Positions 1 through 10,517 of a stretch of 64,000 nucleotides of DNA are shown here, one piece after another (within the stretch, counting starts at the first letter, position 1; each line of letters starts with the position of its first letter). Source of the stretch: a bacterium (lineage in GTDB: Bacteria > Armatimonadota > Chthonomonadetes > Chthonomonadales > CAJBBX01); contig JAJZOL010000206.1 of NCBI GenBank assembly GCA_021811565.1, positions 9,105 to 73,104 on the forward strand, written 5' to 3'. A program made the translations under genes and the position numbers. Below the pieces are notes generated by a model, which saw nothing but the letters and a program-made list of their open reading frames with translations, did no database searches and was not told where the DNA came from.

Positions 1-713
1 ATATAGCGAATGTTGTAAGCGAGTTCCCACTGGATGATGGCGGCGCGCATAAAAGCCAAGGGGCGGTGCGTTGTTGTGTGATTGCCTATCTGGAACCCGT
101 TTTTCACGAGGAATTGGAGCTTGGAAGTGACATATTGATGCTGATGGAACGGTTCGGGATTGAAAGATGAATCAGGTAACACATAGAATGTGGCGCGAAG
201 TGGCCAGTCGGGGTGCATTTTATGAAAGCGAAGCAGGATTCCAACGGCGCAGTTAGGATCGATTTTTCCATTTGGAAGATAGTGGAATTGACTGCCTCGG
301 GAATCATCGAAAGTGATTGCCACCGGGGTCTTGCCCGCAGGCACATTGACCCTCGATGTTAGTATGTCATCCACATTCACTGGGTACCATCCCGCCGCGT
401 ACATTAGCTTTAATTGATGCAAAAAAGTGTTGGGGGAGATATTCCATCCGTGTATGTCATAGCGCACATGTCCCTTGCGTGCCGTGTCGCCGATTGAGTG
501 ATACATTAAAATGGGAATGTCGCCCATTTCATTTGGATGAATTTTACTCAACTCGGCTTTGATGGCGGATAAGTCTTTTGGGGCTGATTGCGCCGCAGCT
601 TGGGGAATAACATGGAATTTGCCGCATCCTGCGAGTAAAATCATACATGGCAGACTCAAAAAAAAGACAAATCCAAGCAGGAAATAACGATTGGAATGTG
701 TATTTAACTTCAT
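1..713 (-). CDS. Polysaccharide deacetylase (NodB-homology) family lipoprotein; C-terminal end cut by the window edge
   Basis: Absent from the supplied ORF track because it runs off the window. My manual translation from the ATG at 713 (minus strand) stays open to nt 1: MKLNTHSNRYFLLGFVFFLSLPCMILLAGCGKF... It has a lipobox (LLAGC) and NodB motifs VAITFDDS and QIGNHTTTH. Confidence 0.7.
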   Translation of the reverse strand, partial: MKLNTHSNRYFLLGFVFFLSLPCMILLAGCGKFHVIPQAAAQSAPKDLSAIKAELSKIHPNEMGDIPILMYHSIGDTARKGHVRYDIHGWNISPNTFLHQLKLMYAAGWYPVNVDDILTSRVNVPAGKTPVAITFDDSRGSQFHYLPNGKIDPNCAVGILLRFHKMHPDWPLRATFYVLPDSSFNPEPFHQHQYVTSKLQFLVKNGFQIGNHTTTHRPLAFMRAAIIQWELAYNIRY

Positions 714-758
714 GTTGCGTCTCTCTCTAACCATATTAACTTTTAGGAGGATAGTACG

Positions 759-1784
759 ATGGCATTAGTTTACAACAGAAAACTCACAAAACACGAACTT
801 CTCCAGTTGACGGGGGATATTTCACAAATCGCCAGGGTGAAGCCTCACATCCTCCGAGACGGACCGGAAAGCGGGGTGTACGCCTTGGATGTGACCAATG
901 GAAGCGGTCTGGAGTTTTCCATTATCGCCGATAGAGGTCTGGATATCTCCTCCGCCAGATACAACGGAATGTCCTTGGCGTGGCGTTCAGGGTGCATGGA
1001 TAGGAATCCCGCCTTTTTCGAGTCAGATGGGTTCGGATGGCTGCAAACTTTCACCGGCGGACTCGTAACGACTTGCGGACTCACTTGGAACGGGGCTCCC
1101 TGCGAGGACGAAGGGAAAGCATTGGGATTGCACGGACGATACAGCCATCTGCCCGCCACAAACGTAAGCTATAACGGGGTATGGAGAGGGGACGATTACT
1201 TCCTGGAAGTGAGCGGAGTTGTTCGGGAAACCTCGGTGTTCGGCGATAAGTTACAATTAACGCGAAAAATAACGGTGAAGCTTGGTGAGAAAGTAATTCG
1301 GATTCATGACACCGTGGAGAATATCGGGAGCTTGATCTCGCCGCACATGATACTTTATCATATCAATTTTGGCTTTCCCATCGTGGATGCGGATACAAGG
1401 TTGGTGGCGAAAGGCAAATCAACCCCAAGAGATGCGGATGCGGAGATAGACTCCGAGCATTACAATCTCATGCATTCACCCGTGCAAGGTTACAGGGAGA
1501 AGTGTTACTTTATAGATTTGGAAGAGGACGAAACGCATCACGCCACCGCCTCATTGATCAATCCCAAGCTAGGTGAGGGTGCGGGTGTGTTCGTACGCAT
1601 TGACAAGCGGGAGTTGCCATGGTTCACGGAATGGAAGATGCTGGGACACGGCGAGTATGTGGTGGGGCTGGAGCCGGGGAACTGTTTGGTTCTGGGGAGA
1701 AAAAGAGAACGGGAGGCTGGAAGGTTGCAGAGTCTGGAGCCAGGAGAAACCCGTGATTATCATCTAGAAATCGGCGTGTTGTGA
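759..1784 (+). CDS. DUF4432 / aldose-1-epimerase (galactose mutarotase-fold)-like protein
   Basis: 341-aa ORF preceded by AGGAGG. It resembles DUF4432-type mutarotase-fold proteins as I recall them (GLHGR, ILYHINFGFP blocks). Confidence 0.6.
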   Translation: MALVYNRKLTKHELLQLTGDISQIARVKPHILRDGPESGVYALDVTNGSGLEFSIIADRGLDISSARYNGMSLAWRSGCMDRNPAFFESDGFGWLQTFTGGLVTTCGLTWNGAPCEDEGKALGLHGRYSHLPATNVSYNGVWRGDDYFLEVSGVVRETSVFGDKLQLTRKITVKLGEKVIRIHDTVENIGSLISPHMILYHINFGFPIVDADTRLVAKGKSTPRDADAEIDSEHYNLMHSPVQGYREKCYFIDLEEDETHHATASLINPKLGEGAGVFVRIDKRELPWFTEWKMLGHGEYVVGLEPGNCLVLGRKREREAGRLQSLEPGETRDYHLEIGVL

Positions 1785-1823
1785 TGGCGATGTAATCAGT
1801 TTTTCTTCACGGGGGTGGCTTAA

Positions 1824-2861
1824 ATGCCTTTGATCCAGGACATCCAAATTACGAGAATAAGCAAGCCGTTGATAAAGCATTTTATGACGAGCAGAGATAC
1901 AGCACGGCGCGGCATCGTCGAAGCGATCAATCTGGGGCTTGTTTTAAACGATGGCTCCTTGGATACCGCGGAAGTGGTGACTCCTCCCTACATTTGCGGC
2001 GAGACATTGGAAATATCCGTGAAGGCTCTGGATGATGTGAAATCGGAACTCATCGGCACTGACGTGCTGTGTCACCGAATTATTGCGGACGTTCTCGACA
2101 AATTCAGGAAGACTGCCCCTGCGGCGATGGCGGGGGTGGAAATCGCTGTTTGGAAGAGCATCAGTCGAATAACTCGAACGCCGCTTTGGATTCTTTGGGG
2201 AGGCGCCAAGCGAGAGGTGATCACGGATTTCACCATATCTCCCAATGCCAAATTCGAATCGGATTTGGATGAGGCTGTGAAAATCGGGTTCTCCACCCTC
2301 AAAGTGAAAATGGGCGTCATCGGAAAGCGGAACGAACTCTCCGCTTTCCGACAACTATACGACAAACATCCCAATGTGATTTTGCGAGTGGACGCAAACC
2401 AAGCGTTTCAACCTGAGGAAGCCCTTGAGGTGATTGACGAGATTCGAAGCATAGGACTCCAGCTGGAGTTAATGGAGCAGCCCACTTCCGCGCATGATTT
2501 GCAGGCGTTGCGAAGAGTGACGGAGATGTCCCCTGTGCCAATTATCGCGGACGAATCGGTGCGTACTTTTTCCGATGCATTAAGAATTTACGAAGAACAG
2601 GCGGCGCATGGTTATAACATCAAGCTAATGAAATCCGGAATATCCCAAGCTATGTCCATGGTTGCGTTGGCTCAAGCCACGGGCATGCGTTTAATGCTGG
2701 GTTGCATGATGGAAGGGATGGCGAATATCGAGGTGTCACTGGCGTTTGCATGCGGCACGGGCGCTTTTGATTTCATCGATTTGGATTCATTTATGTTTTT
2801 CCAAGACGACGGAAGTGATGTATTTTTCAAATCGAAAGGCGAAAGATTGATGATGGGGTAG
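1824..2861 (+). CDS. Enolase-superfamily dipeptide epimerase (L-Ala-D/L-Glu epimerase-like, MLE subgroup)
   Basis: KxK motif (LKVKMG), metal ligands in VDANQAF / LMEQP / IIADES, and a second catalytic Lys in YNIKLMKSG. Confidence 0.75.
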   Translation: MPLIQDIQITRISKPLIKHFMTSRDTARRGIVEAINLGLVLNDGSLDTAEVVTPPYICGETLEISVKALDDVKSELIGTDVLCHRIIADVLDKFRKTAPAAMAGVEIAVWKSISRITRTPLWILWGGAKREVITDFTISPNAKFESDLDEAVKIGFSTLKVKMGVIGKRNELSAFRQLYDKHPNVILRVDANQAFQPEEALEVIDEIRSIGLQLELMEQPTSAHDLQALRRVTEMSPVPIIADESVRTFSDALRIYEEQAAHGYNIKLMKSGISQAMSMVALAQATGMRLMLGCMMEGMANIEVSLAFACGTGAFDFIDLDSFMFFQDDGSDVFFKSKGERLMMG

Positions 2862-2973
2862 TTTCAGGAAATCGTTGTGAGACGAGATTTCATTCATGAA
2901 ATGCCCATTATATCTTCGGGATGGGGATTGCGATGAGCATTCCCGACGCAGGCTTATAGAACATAAGCAAGGA

Positions 2974-3002
2974 TTGTGATATACTTTGTAAGCTAGTATA
3001 AA
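2974..3002 (+). promoter_or_regulatory. Candidate sigma-70 promoter (TTGTGA-17 nt-TATAAA) for the UPF0182 gene
   Basis: TTGTGA at 2974-2979, a 17-nt spacer, TATAAA at 2997-3002. It lies 24 nt upstream of the ATG at 3026. Confidence 0.4.
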
Positions 3003-3025
3003 TGCAATACCCGAGGATGGATTAA

Positions 3026-5905
3026 ATGGCTTCGAAGAATGTTCCTCAAACCACGCCCGGTTGGCTTAAGTTTCTACGTTACGCATTTGTTTTTCTTGTT
3101 CTCTTTTTCTTGCTTTTCGGCACTCAATTGGTTCGCATCTACACTGATTGGCAATGGTTTGGAGAGCTTCATCAGCGCATCGTTTTCTATAAAAGCATAG
3201 ACGCCAAACTTTTGTTGTTCTTCGGATTTGGCGCGCTTTTCTTTATAATCGTGTATGTGAACATTTGGTTGGCGATAAGGTTTTGCGAGTCACGTTCCAT
3301 TATTCGAATGATGCATGATGACCGCGTTCAATTCACGGACTCCGCCAAAGGGGTTGTTCGCTGGGGTGCGCTGGCTGGATGCATTCTATTATCATTCCTT
3401 GTCGGTGGAAACGCATCCACGCACTGGTCGGAGTATCTCCTTTATCACCATCATATTCCTTTCGGAGTGTCGGATCCTCTTTTTCATCTTGATATCGGAT
3501 TTTATGTTTTCCGTCTTCCTTTTCTCGATTATATTCAAGGTCTCGCACTATTTACAGTCGGATGCGCGGCAGTCGGGGCGTTCGCCGTGCATTATATTTA
3601 CAACACCATCGATTTTCTAGGATCCGGGGCAGCCCCCATCGCTTCATTTGTGCGCAAGCATATTTTGGCTCTTTTGACGGTATTTGCGGTGATATTCGCA
3701 TGGGGGATTTTATTAGGGAGATACGACCTTCTTACCAATGACAACGGGGTCTATTTCGGAGCGGGTTATACGGATATCCATGCGAGGCTCCCTGCCGCGA
3801 ACATCAGCGCGGTTGTGATGCTAATTGTGGCTATTTTATGTTTGGTGAACATTTGGGTGGGACGTCCATTTCGATTGCCCATAGCAGGCTTTGGAGCCTG
3901 GGTGGTGATTGCCTTTCTTGCGGGAGGGGTATGGCCCTCGTTGATGCAACGATTTACGGTGGTGCCAAACCAATTCGGGATGGAGAAACCCTATATCGCA
4001 TATGATATCAAGTACACGCAGCAGGCGTATGGGTTGAGCAATGTGCAGGTTCTTCCGTTTTCTGGGGTGAAACCCGCCGACGCCAATGTGCTAAGGGAAA
4101 ACGAGGCGACGATCAAGAACATTCGTTTGTGGGATTGGCCTCAGTTAGGGGCTGTTTACACCGCCAAGCAAGCTCGGCAAACTTATTACACGTTCGATCT
4201 TTCCGCCAATCCCAATTCCGGAGCCACAGGTTTTGACATAGACGTCGATCGCTATCATTTAGGCGGGGAATATCGTCAGGTGATGCTTGCCGCGAGGGAA
4301 ATGAATCAAGCGGGGTTGCCCAATTCGGCGCAAACCTGGCAAAACCAGCGTCTTCAATACACACATGGTTACGGCGTGGTTATGAGTCCCGTCAACGAGG
4401 TGGATTCTGACGGATTGCCCTCCTATTTTCTCAGTCAGATTCCCGTGCAATCCTCAATTCCAGGTTTCAATGTTACCGTACCGCAAATCTATTACGGTCA
4501 ATTGAACAACAGTTATGTTCTTGTGGATACGAAACAACAGGAATTCGATTATCCCTCCGGCGATAAGAATGTTATGACCCAATATGATGGCACTGGAGGC
4601 ATAAAACTCGGAGGAATCGTTAACCGTACCATATGGGCGTTAAGAACGGGAGATGCAAATCTCCTTCTTTCCACGGATCTAACGGATAGCAGTAAAATTC
4701 TGTTCAGACGAAATATCCGTAATCGCGTGGAGACTCTCGCTCCATTTCTAAATTGGGATAATGATCCGTATTTGGTAGTGGATAATGGGAGACTCGTCTG
4801 GATTATGGATGCCTACACTGTGACTGATCGATACCCATACAGTAAGAATACCGAGGTTGGAACTGGTATCGACGGGGTGGATCAGGTTTTCAATTACATT
4901 CGTAATTCCGTAAAAGCCGTGGTGGATGCATACAACGGATCGGTGACGTTTTATGTTTCCGACATGAACGATCCCATTATAAAGGCGTGGTCACAGATAT
5001 TTCCAGGTCTGCTGGTTCCGATGTCTCAAATGCCTCCCGATCTGGTGCAGCATATTCGTTATCCTGAGGATATGTTCAGGTTTCAGCGCAATATATATAC
5101 GATCTACCATATCAACGATCCATTGGAGTATTATCAAAAGAATGACGCTTGGATGGTGCCCCCCGATCCCACAGCCACACCGGATACCACCGATTCCGCT
5201 GGTGTGATGGGAATGGAAAATTCCCAAGCGCGCATGCAGCCGTATTACATCATCATGAGGCTCCCCGGAGAGAAGCATGAGGAGTTCATGATCATGTCGC
5301 CATTCACGTATTTGTCGATACCCAACATGTCGGCGTGGATGTGCGCCAAGTGCGATCCGGGGGATTACGGGCATCTTTTGGTTTATCGATTTCCCAAGAA
5401 CAGCACCATCAACGGACCGGGTAATATCATGGCGCAGATAAACTCTCAGCCTGAGATATCTCAGTTTAGAACCCTGCAGAATCAGCAGGGATCCCATGTG
5501 CTTTTTGGGAATATGCTTGTGATTCCTATGAACTCGTCGATTGTGTTCGCTGTTCCCTTGTACGTTCAATCCACCGGCAGCGGATCGGCATCCGTTCCAG
5601 AGATACGCGAAGTGATACTCGCCACCGGCGACAGAATCGTGATGCGTCCCACTTTGGAGGAGGCAGTTGCGGCGTTGCCCAGCGCGGGGTCGGCAAATCA
5701 ATCATCCAACCAACCCGCAAACTTACCCGCCAATCCTATGAAAATCAATACTTTTCCCAGTGGCGGATCTCTAAAGGATATAATCAAGCAACTATCCAGT
5801 GAGTTGCAAAACGCACAAGCCAAACAAAAGGAGTATAACGACGCTTTAAATCGTATGAGCCAAACCATTCAACAACTCAAAAGCAAAGTGGGTTCAACTC
5901 CGTAA
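3026..5905 (+). CDS. UPF0182-family large membrane protein
   Basis: 959 aa. The N-terminal region has about 7 TM helices and is followed by a large soluble region. Size and architecture are typical of the UPF0182 family. Confidence 0.75.
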   Translation: MASKNVPQTTPGWLKFLRYAFVFLVLFFLLFGTQLVRIYTDWQWFGELHQRIVFYKSIDAKLLLFFGFGALFFIIVYVNIWLAIRFCESRSIIRMMHDDRVQFTDSAKGVVRWGALAGCILLSFLVGGNASTHWSEYLLYHHHIPFGVSDPLFHLDIGFYVFRLPFLDYIQGLALFTVGCAAVGAFAVHYIYNTIDFLGSGAAPIASFVRKHILALLTVFAVIFAWGILLGRYDLLTNDNGVYFGAGYTDIHARLPAANISAVVMLIVAILCLVNIWVGRPFRLPIAGFGAWVVIAFLAGGVWPSLMQRFTVVPNQFGMEKPYIAYDIKYTQQAYGLSNVQVLPFSGVKPADANVLRENEATIKNIRLWDWPQLGAVYTAKQARQTYYTFDLSANPNSGATGFDIDVDRYHLGGEYRQVMLAAREMNQAGLPNSAQTWQNQRLQYTHGYGVVMSPVNEVDSDGLPSYFLSQIPVQSSIPGFNVTVPQIYYGQLNNSYVLVDTKQQEFDYPSGDKNVMTQYDGTGGIKLGGIVNRTIWALRTGDANLLLSTDLTDSSKILFRRNIRNRVETLAPFLNWDNDPYLVVDNGRLVWIMDAYTVTDRYPYSKNTEVGTGIDGVDQVFNYIRNSVKAVVDAYNGSVTFYVSDMNDPIIKAWSQIFPGLLVPMSQMPPDLVQHIRYPEDMFRFQRNIYTIYHINDPLEYYQKNDAWMVPPDPTATPDTTDSAGVMGMENSQARMQPYYIIMRLPGEKHEEFMIMSPFTYLSIPNMSAWMCAKCDPGDYGHLLVYRFPKNSTINGPGNIMAQINSQPEISQFRTLQNQQGSHVLFGNMLVIPMNSSIVFAVPLYVQSTGSGSASVPEIREVILATGDRIVMRPTLEEAVAALPSAGSANQSSNQPANLPANPMKINTFPSGGSLKDIIKQLSSELQNAQAKQKEYNDALNRMSQTIQQLKSKVGSTP

Positions 5906-5979
5906 GTAAAGAGAATTCAGTTGCTGAATAATGGAATTGTGACATGATATGTTGATGCGTACGCTTGGAGAACGATTGT

Positions 5980-7983
5980 ATGAACGATCCGGATAGGGTA
6001 ACGGGAAATGGAGCGTACTCATGGGGAACTATGCTTGATACGCTCTCCATGATCGCCTCGCATGAATCCATGCGTAACATACTCCATCAAATAACGAGGA
6101 ACGCGCGTGTTATCACCTCCTCATTTAACGCAGCGATAGCTTTGCGCGCCTCTGATTTCGAGACACTTAATTTTTGCGCAGTTGATGGAGAGATGACAGA
6201 TCAACTGCTTGGATTGCATATCCGCACAAATGATTCCATTGCAGGCAAGGTTTTGGAACAGAGACGCACCATGATCATGGATGAAGGGATTATCACCGAT
6301 ACATCCCAAGGCGAGAAGACACGCAATTCCATGGTGCCTATTTTTCTCAAAGGGGATGTTCATGGCGTTCTGATTGTTCAAAAACGAACCGATCAGGGGG
6401 ATTTCACCGAGGAGAACATCGCAGCTCTGGAAAGCCTAAGCTGTCTTGCCGGAATAGCATTGGAGAATGATTCGATTCATGATTCCGCTAACGAGGCGAT
6501 ACGAGAGTTAACCGTATTATACGATACCACTAAAGCCGTGAACGGAACTTTAAACGTTCACGAAGTGATCAATGGAGTATTAGGGGCGATATGCAAGCAC
6601 CTTGAATATCAGTCCGCTGTATTGTTTTTAATGAATGATGAAAAGACTCATCTTTTTATCGCCGCCGATCGCGGATTGAACGAAGATGAGAGAGAGGTTC
6701 AGCTTTCCGCCGAGGCTCCGATCATATCCACCATTCTGGATTCGGATCGCCCTGCGTTATTTGTTGACGATGAGTGTCTCCCATACGCTCAGGATATTCC
6801 TTGGGTGGAGAAAAGCCGCTCTATAATGATTTCCCCCATAGGCAATCGTCAGGAGGCGATCGGACTTATTATCATTACAAGCTCTCTTCCCTCCTCCTTT
6901 ACCAGAAACGATTTAAGAATGCTGAACGCGGCGACGGTTCAAGCAGGTATTGCTCTCGCCAACGCATCTCTGTACGAAGAGGAGTTGCATCGCGCCGAGG
7001 AGGCGACGGCGTTATACGAGCTGTCACAGCACGTTAACGCCACTCTCAATCTTGATCGTATATTTCAATTCATATCCGGCAGTGTCACCAATTTATTAAA
7101 GGTGGATCGATTCGCTTTGATGCTATACGATCAGACGAAAAAAAGACTTGTCACTCGGGTGTCCGCGGGATTGAACGATACCGATTTTGTCAAGTTGGAG
7201 CCGGAGGTGGGCAAAGGCATCCCCGGATGGGTGTTTGAATGGATGACGCCGACTGCGGTGGCGGATGTGAGTGCGGATTCACGAAACCGATCCTGCCCCA
7301 TCCATCAATTCGGAGTGTGTTCCGTGATATGCGCCCCTATGTCCGTGGGAGAAGAGTGCATCGGAGTGATGCTCGCCATGTCCTCCACTCGGCGTTTTTT
7401 CACCGTTGCTGAGATTGAACTTCTTTACACTATTTCCAACCAAGTGTCCGTCGGCGTGGTCAATTCGATGCTGTACCACAACGCCAGAGTGAAATCCACC
7501 GAAATGCGCCGCCTGATTCACAGAATTGCGCGTGCGTTGGGGTCTGTGACGGATGCAAGTACCACCCCCCAATTGCTGTCGGATATATGCCAGGAAGTAA
7601 TGAAAGCGGAGCGTTGTCTCATATATCGCATTGTTGATGAGAAACTGTATTTGACCGCTACAAGCGGATTCCGTTCGTCATTCCGCCCTGATGAGGTGAT
7701 TGTGGTGGGGGATGGATTAACCGGTTCGGTGGCGAAACGCGCTCGGTATCTGTCCGTGGATGTATTGGATGAAGACCCGCGTTCCGAAGCGCATTCATGG
7801 TTAAAAAGGGACAAATTGTGCTCCTATCTTGGAGTGCCTCTGAAGCATGGGCATAAGACAGTAGGAGTCGCTGAGATATACATGAGGGAACGTTATACTT
7901 TCACCGAAGACGATATACGTATTCTGACGGAGTTTTTACGTCAAACCGGTATTGGCGTCGCATTTGACACTGGCTTAAATTAA
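5980..7983 (+). CDS. Protein made of four tandem GAF domains, no recognisable output domain
   Basis: Four repeats of about 150 aa with GAF-like periodicity, each ending in a GIALEN / GIALANASLY / VGVVNSMLY / GIGVAF-type helix. The track ORF starts at TTG 5965; ATG 5980 sits 9 nt after GGAGA and is the likelier start. Confidence 0.65.
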   Translation: MNDPDRVTGNGAYSWGTMLDTLSMIASHESMRNILHQITRNARVITSSFNAAIALRASDFETLNFCAVDGEMTDQLLGLHIRTNDSIAGKVLEQRRTMIMDEGIITDTSQGEKTRNSMVPIFLKGDVHGVLIVQKRTDQGDFTEENIAALESLSCLAGIALENDSIHDSANEAIRELTVLYDTTKAVNGTLNVHEVINGVLGAICKHLEYQSAVLFLMNDEKTHLFIAADRGLNEDEREVQLSAEAPIISTILDSDRPALFVDDECLPYAQDIPWVEKSRSIMISPIGNRQEAIGLIIITSSLPSSFTRNDLRMLNAATVQAGIALANASLYEEELHRAEEATALYELSQHVNATLNLDRIFQFISGSVTNLLKVDRFALMLYDQTKKRLVTRVSAGLNDTDFVKLEPEVGKGIPGWVFEWMTPTAVADVSADSRNRSCPIHQFGVCSVICAPMSVGEECIGVMLAMSSTRRFFTVAEIELLYTISNQVSVGVVNSMLYHNARVKSTEMRRLIHRIARALGSVTDASTTPQLLSDICQEVMKAERCLIYRIVDEKLYLTATSGFRSSFRPDEVIVVGDGLTGSVAKRARYLSVDVLDEDPRSEAHSWLKRDKLCSYLGVPLKHGHKTVGVAEIYMRERYTFTEDDIRILTEFLRQTGIGVAFDTGLN

Positions 7984-7991
7984 CGAATGGA

Positions 7992-8792
7992 GTGCGAAAC
8001 AGAATTCATATGCAGAATGATATAGAGCATCTCAAGGAGTTGGCGTATCGTGCAGGTGAATTAGCCTTGAAGCTATACGGCAAGGTGGCTGTGGAATATA
8101 AGTCCGATGAAAGCGTAGTGACGGATGCTGATCGTGAAATTGAATTGCTCATTCGTGATGAAATAAAGAAAAGATATCCAGGGCACTCCTTCCTGGGCGA
8201 GGAATATGGATTGCAAGGCGACGAACGGAATCCCATATGGGCGTGCGATCCCATTGATGGAACGACAAATTACATCATGAATATCCCCATATGGGGCGTC
8301 TCCCTCGGATTGATAGAAGAGGGGCATCCGCAAATGGGTGTGTTTTATCTTCCAGTGCTAAATGAAATGTTTTGGGCGGTTAGAGGGGAAGGGGCGTATT
8401 GTAACGGAGAGCTTTTGGTATCTGTGGATGGATCAAAACTGCATCAAGAAGACACTTTATGCCTTACCAGTAACGCCTTAAAGGTGTTGAATACGGAGTC
8501 GGCGGAATGCCGCATACGTTGCCTTGGCAGTATCGCGGCTGAATTGGCATATGTGGGCTCCGGTCGTATGACAGGAGCGATAGGTCTTTATGAAGGAATT
8601 GTGGATATGGCAGCGACGTTATGCGTTTGTTTCGCGACCGGTTGCGAGTTCCGTCATTTGCGAAACGGTGAGAATGTGAACATCGCGGATTTATTGCGCA
8701 TCAAACGAACGGAGGAGCCATTTGTGGTGGCGCCTCCTAAAAGGATGGAACTCCTGTTGAGCACTTTTCATCAAGCGCGTGCGTTGACTTAA
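7992..8792 (+). CDS. Inositol monophosphatase family protein (SuhB/IMPase-like)
   Basis: Motifs FLGEE, WACDPIDGTTNY and WGVSLGL. GTG start at 7992, or ATG at 8010. Confidence 0.85.
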   Translation: MRNRIHMQNDIEHLKELAYRAGELALKLYGKVAVEYKSDESVVTDADREIELLIRDEIKKRYPGHSFLGEEYGLQGDERNPIWACDPIDGTTNYIMNIPIWGVSLGLIEEGHPQMGVFYLPVLNEMFWAVRGEGAYCNGELLVSVDGSKLHQEDTLCLTSNALKVLNTESAECRIRCLGSIAAELAYVGSGRMTGAIGLYEGIVDMAATLCVCFATGCEFRHLRNGENVNIADLLRIKRTEEPFVVAPPKRMELLLSTFHQARALT

Positions 8793-8807
8793 TTTATGTC
8801 CGCTAAG

Positions 8808-10469
8808 CTAATGAGGAGCTAAAACCTTGGGCGCAATATGCGGCCATACCGCTTGGACGAAACTTATCAACTCCTGTCTTCGATTATTCCCAATCCCTGT
8901 ATGCCTTTGTTGGAAACGGATAAAGTAATAGGGACGTACCGCTTTTCCAAGCAGGGCGTCTATGGCGGTGGTCAACTGGACATGCGCCATGGTATGTTCC
9001 GGCCTGCCGTTGACTATGTATACAAACATGATCAATGATTTTGTGCCATTGAACGGGTCCTTGGCTTCAGACACCTGTACGGGAACCGGTCCGGCGGATG
9101 TTTGGATATCCTCTACGGGTAAATCCTTCAAAATAAAACCGCTGCCTGTAAAGCAATCGTGAGGGTCATGAAATGTGTGGCGGCTGTTTCCCCCAGTGAA
9201 GAAGAGATCGATGGAGGCGTCACCAAGGGTGGGATTGAGATAGTCTCGTTCCAAATATGTATCCGGCTCCAACGTATCGAACACCACCTTCGTCATTTTT
9301 ATGTCCGGACCCTCCTGATACCAACCATTTGCCAGTTTCGCTGGTATGTCGGACGGTTGAAGCAAAGGATAGTCCGCTGTAAGAGGATGGATGTTCATTT
9401 CCAAGAGGATGAGCAATCCCGTAACTATGAGTATGGGCCAGGTATTGAAAGACCAACTTGAGAATAGCCTCTGATTTTTATCGCCGAATTGGGCGTTCAG
9501 TTGTTTTTCCCTCTCCTCGGGCGGAATTTTCGGCGGGAGTTTGGAAGGATCATCCACGATTGGAAGTCCTAGGAAGCTTTCGCATTGCATTAACTTTGCA
9601 AAACTAAAAAGAAACATGAACGCCAATACAAGTACGATGAACCCGCTGTAATCATGAAAGGTCCCCGCCGCCTGCGAGCTAATCAGCTCGCCCACGACAC
9701 CAATAAGCATGATTCTCAAGCCATTGACTAAAATGGATAACGGTGCGGTGATTATGAAAAGCGTAACTCGTTTCCACACAGCGCCTTCAATTAAATAGGC
9801 GAAAGCGCCGGCGAATGACAGCAGACCAATTAAAGTCTTGAAACCGCTGCATGCCACCTCCACATTCAGAGAGTAGCTGTCCATTTGTATTGATGTGCCA
9901 ACTCTTTCCGCAGTGAAACCGAGCAGTTTCAGAAGATGGGTGGCGAGAACCGTGGATGTAAGTTGGATAGGAAACGCTGCTTGTCCGATAACTTGGTTGG
10001 GGATAATGGGAATGACGGAGAATGTAAAGATCAACGGCATGATCAAAGCGCGCGTGATCCGTGTTCCCACGGTCAGAAGAAACACACCGAGTATAAAAAA
10101 CATGAAGGAAAACGACATCGAGACGGTTACGATGGCTCTGCCGGAATAGATGATGAGTATTGCCGCAAGGAGGATAGGGATGACACCCCACCAAGACCTT
10201 TTCACCGGCAACCGTATGATTTCTCCCCATCTTCGCCATAGAATCGCCACCACGAAGAACGGGATGAAGATGGCATGGGAGTAATAACTACCATCAGCCG
10301 TCCATTCAAAATACCACCATTGCATGGCTTTATGGTAGAGAAAGTAGGTACCCACCGCAAGCAGGATAAATGGAATCCACTGAACAAGGGGGATTTTTTT
10401 CCGTACAATCTCCTCCGTTTTAATCATTGGCGTATCCATTGCGTTTTCCTTCCAGAGCATGTTGCACAT
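8808..10469 (-). CDS. Exosortase fused to a C-terminal EpsI-family domain
   Basis: Polytopic N-terminal half with exosortase catalytic signatures VACSGFKTL (Cys), NGLRIMLIG (Arg) and FHDYSGF (His). The C-terminal ~200 aa is soluble and EpsI-like. The start codon is ambiguous (M1, M4, M11 or M15). Confidence 0.8.
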   Translation of the reverse strand: MCNMLWKENAMDTPMIKTEEIVRKKIPLVQWIPFILLAVGTYFLYHKAMQWWYFEWTADGSYYSHAIFIPFFVVAILWRRWGEIIRLPVKRSWWGVIPILLAAILIIYSGRAIVTVSMSFSFMFFILGVFLLTVGTRITRALIMPLIFTFSVIPIIPNQVIGQAAFPIQLTSTVLATHLLKLLGFTAERVGTSIQMDSYSLNVEVACSGFKTLIGLLSFAGAFAYLIEGAVWKRVTLFIITAPLSILVNGLRIMLIGVVGELISSQAAGTFHDYSGFIVLVLAFMFLFSFAKLMQCESFLGLPIVDDPSKLPPKIPPEEREKQLNAQFGDKNQRLFSSWSFNTWPILIVTGLLILLEMNIHPLTADYPLLQPSDIPAKLANGWYQEGPDIKMTKVVFDTLEPDTYLERDYLNPTLGDASIDLFFTGGNSRHTFHDPHDCFTGSGFILKDLPVEDIQTSAGPVPVQVSEAKDPFNGTKSLIMFVYIVNGRPEHTMAHVQLTTAIDALLGKAVRPYYFIRFQQRHTGIGNNRRQELISFVQAVWPHIAPKVLAPH

Positions 10470-10517
10470 TCTTCACATTTCACCAACCTGTATTCAACGT
10501 TAGGGTAAAACATGAGT

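Noticed and set aside
4991-5701. 236-aa minus-strand ORF inside the UPF0182 gene
   Set aside because: It is antisense to a well-supported 959-aa gene. The translation is Arg/His/Gly-rich and low in complexity, as expected of a shadow ORF.
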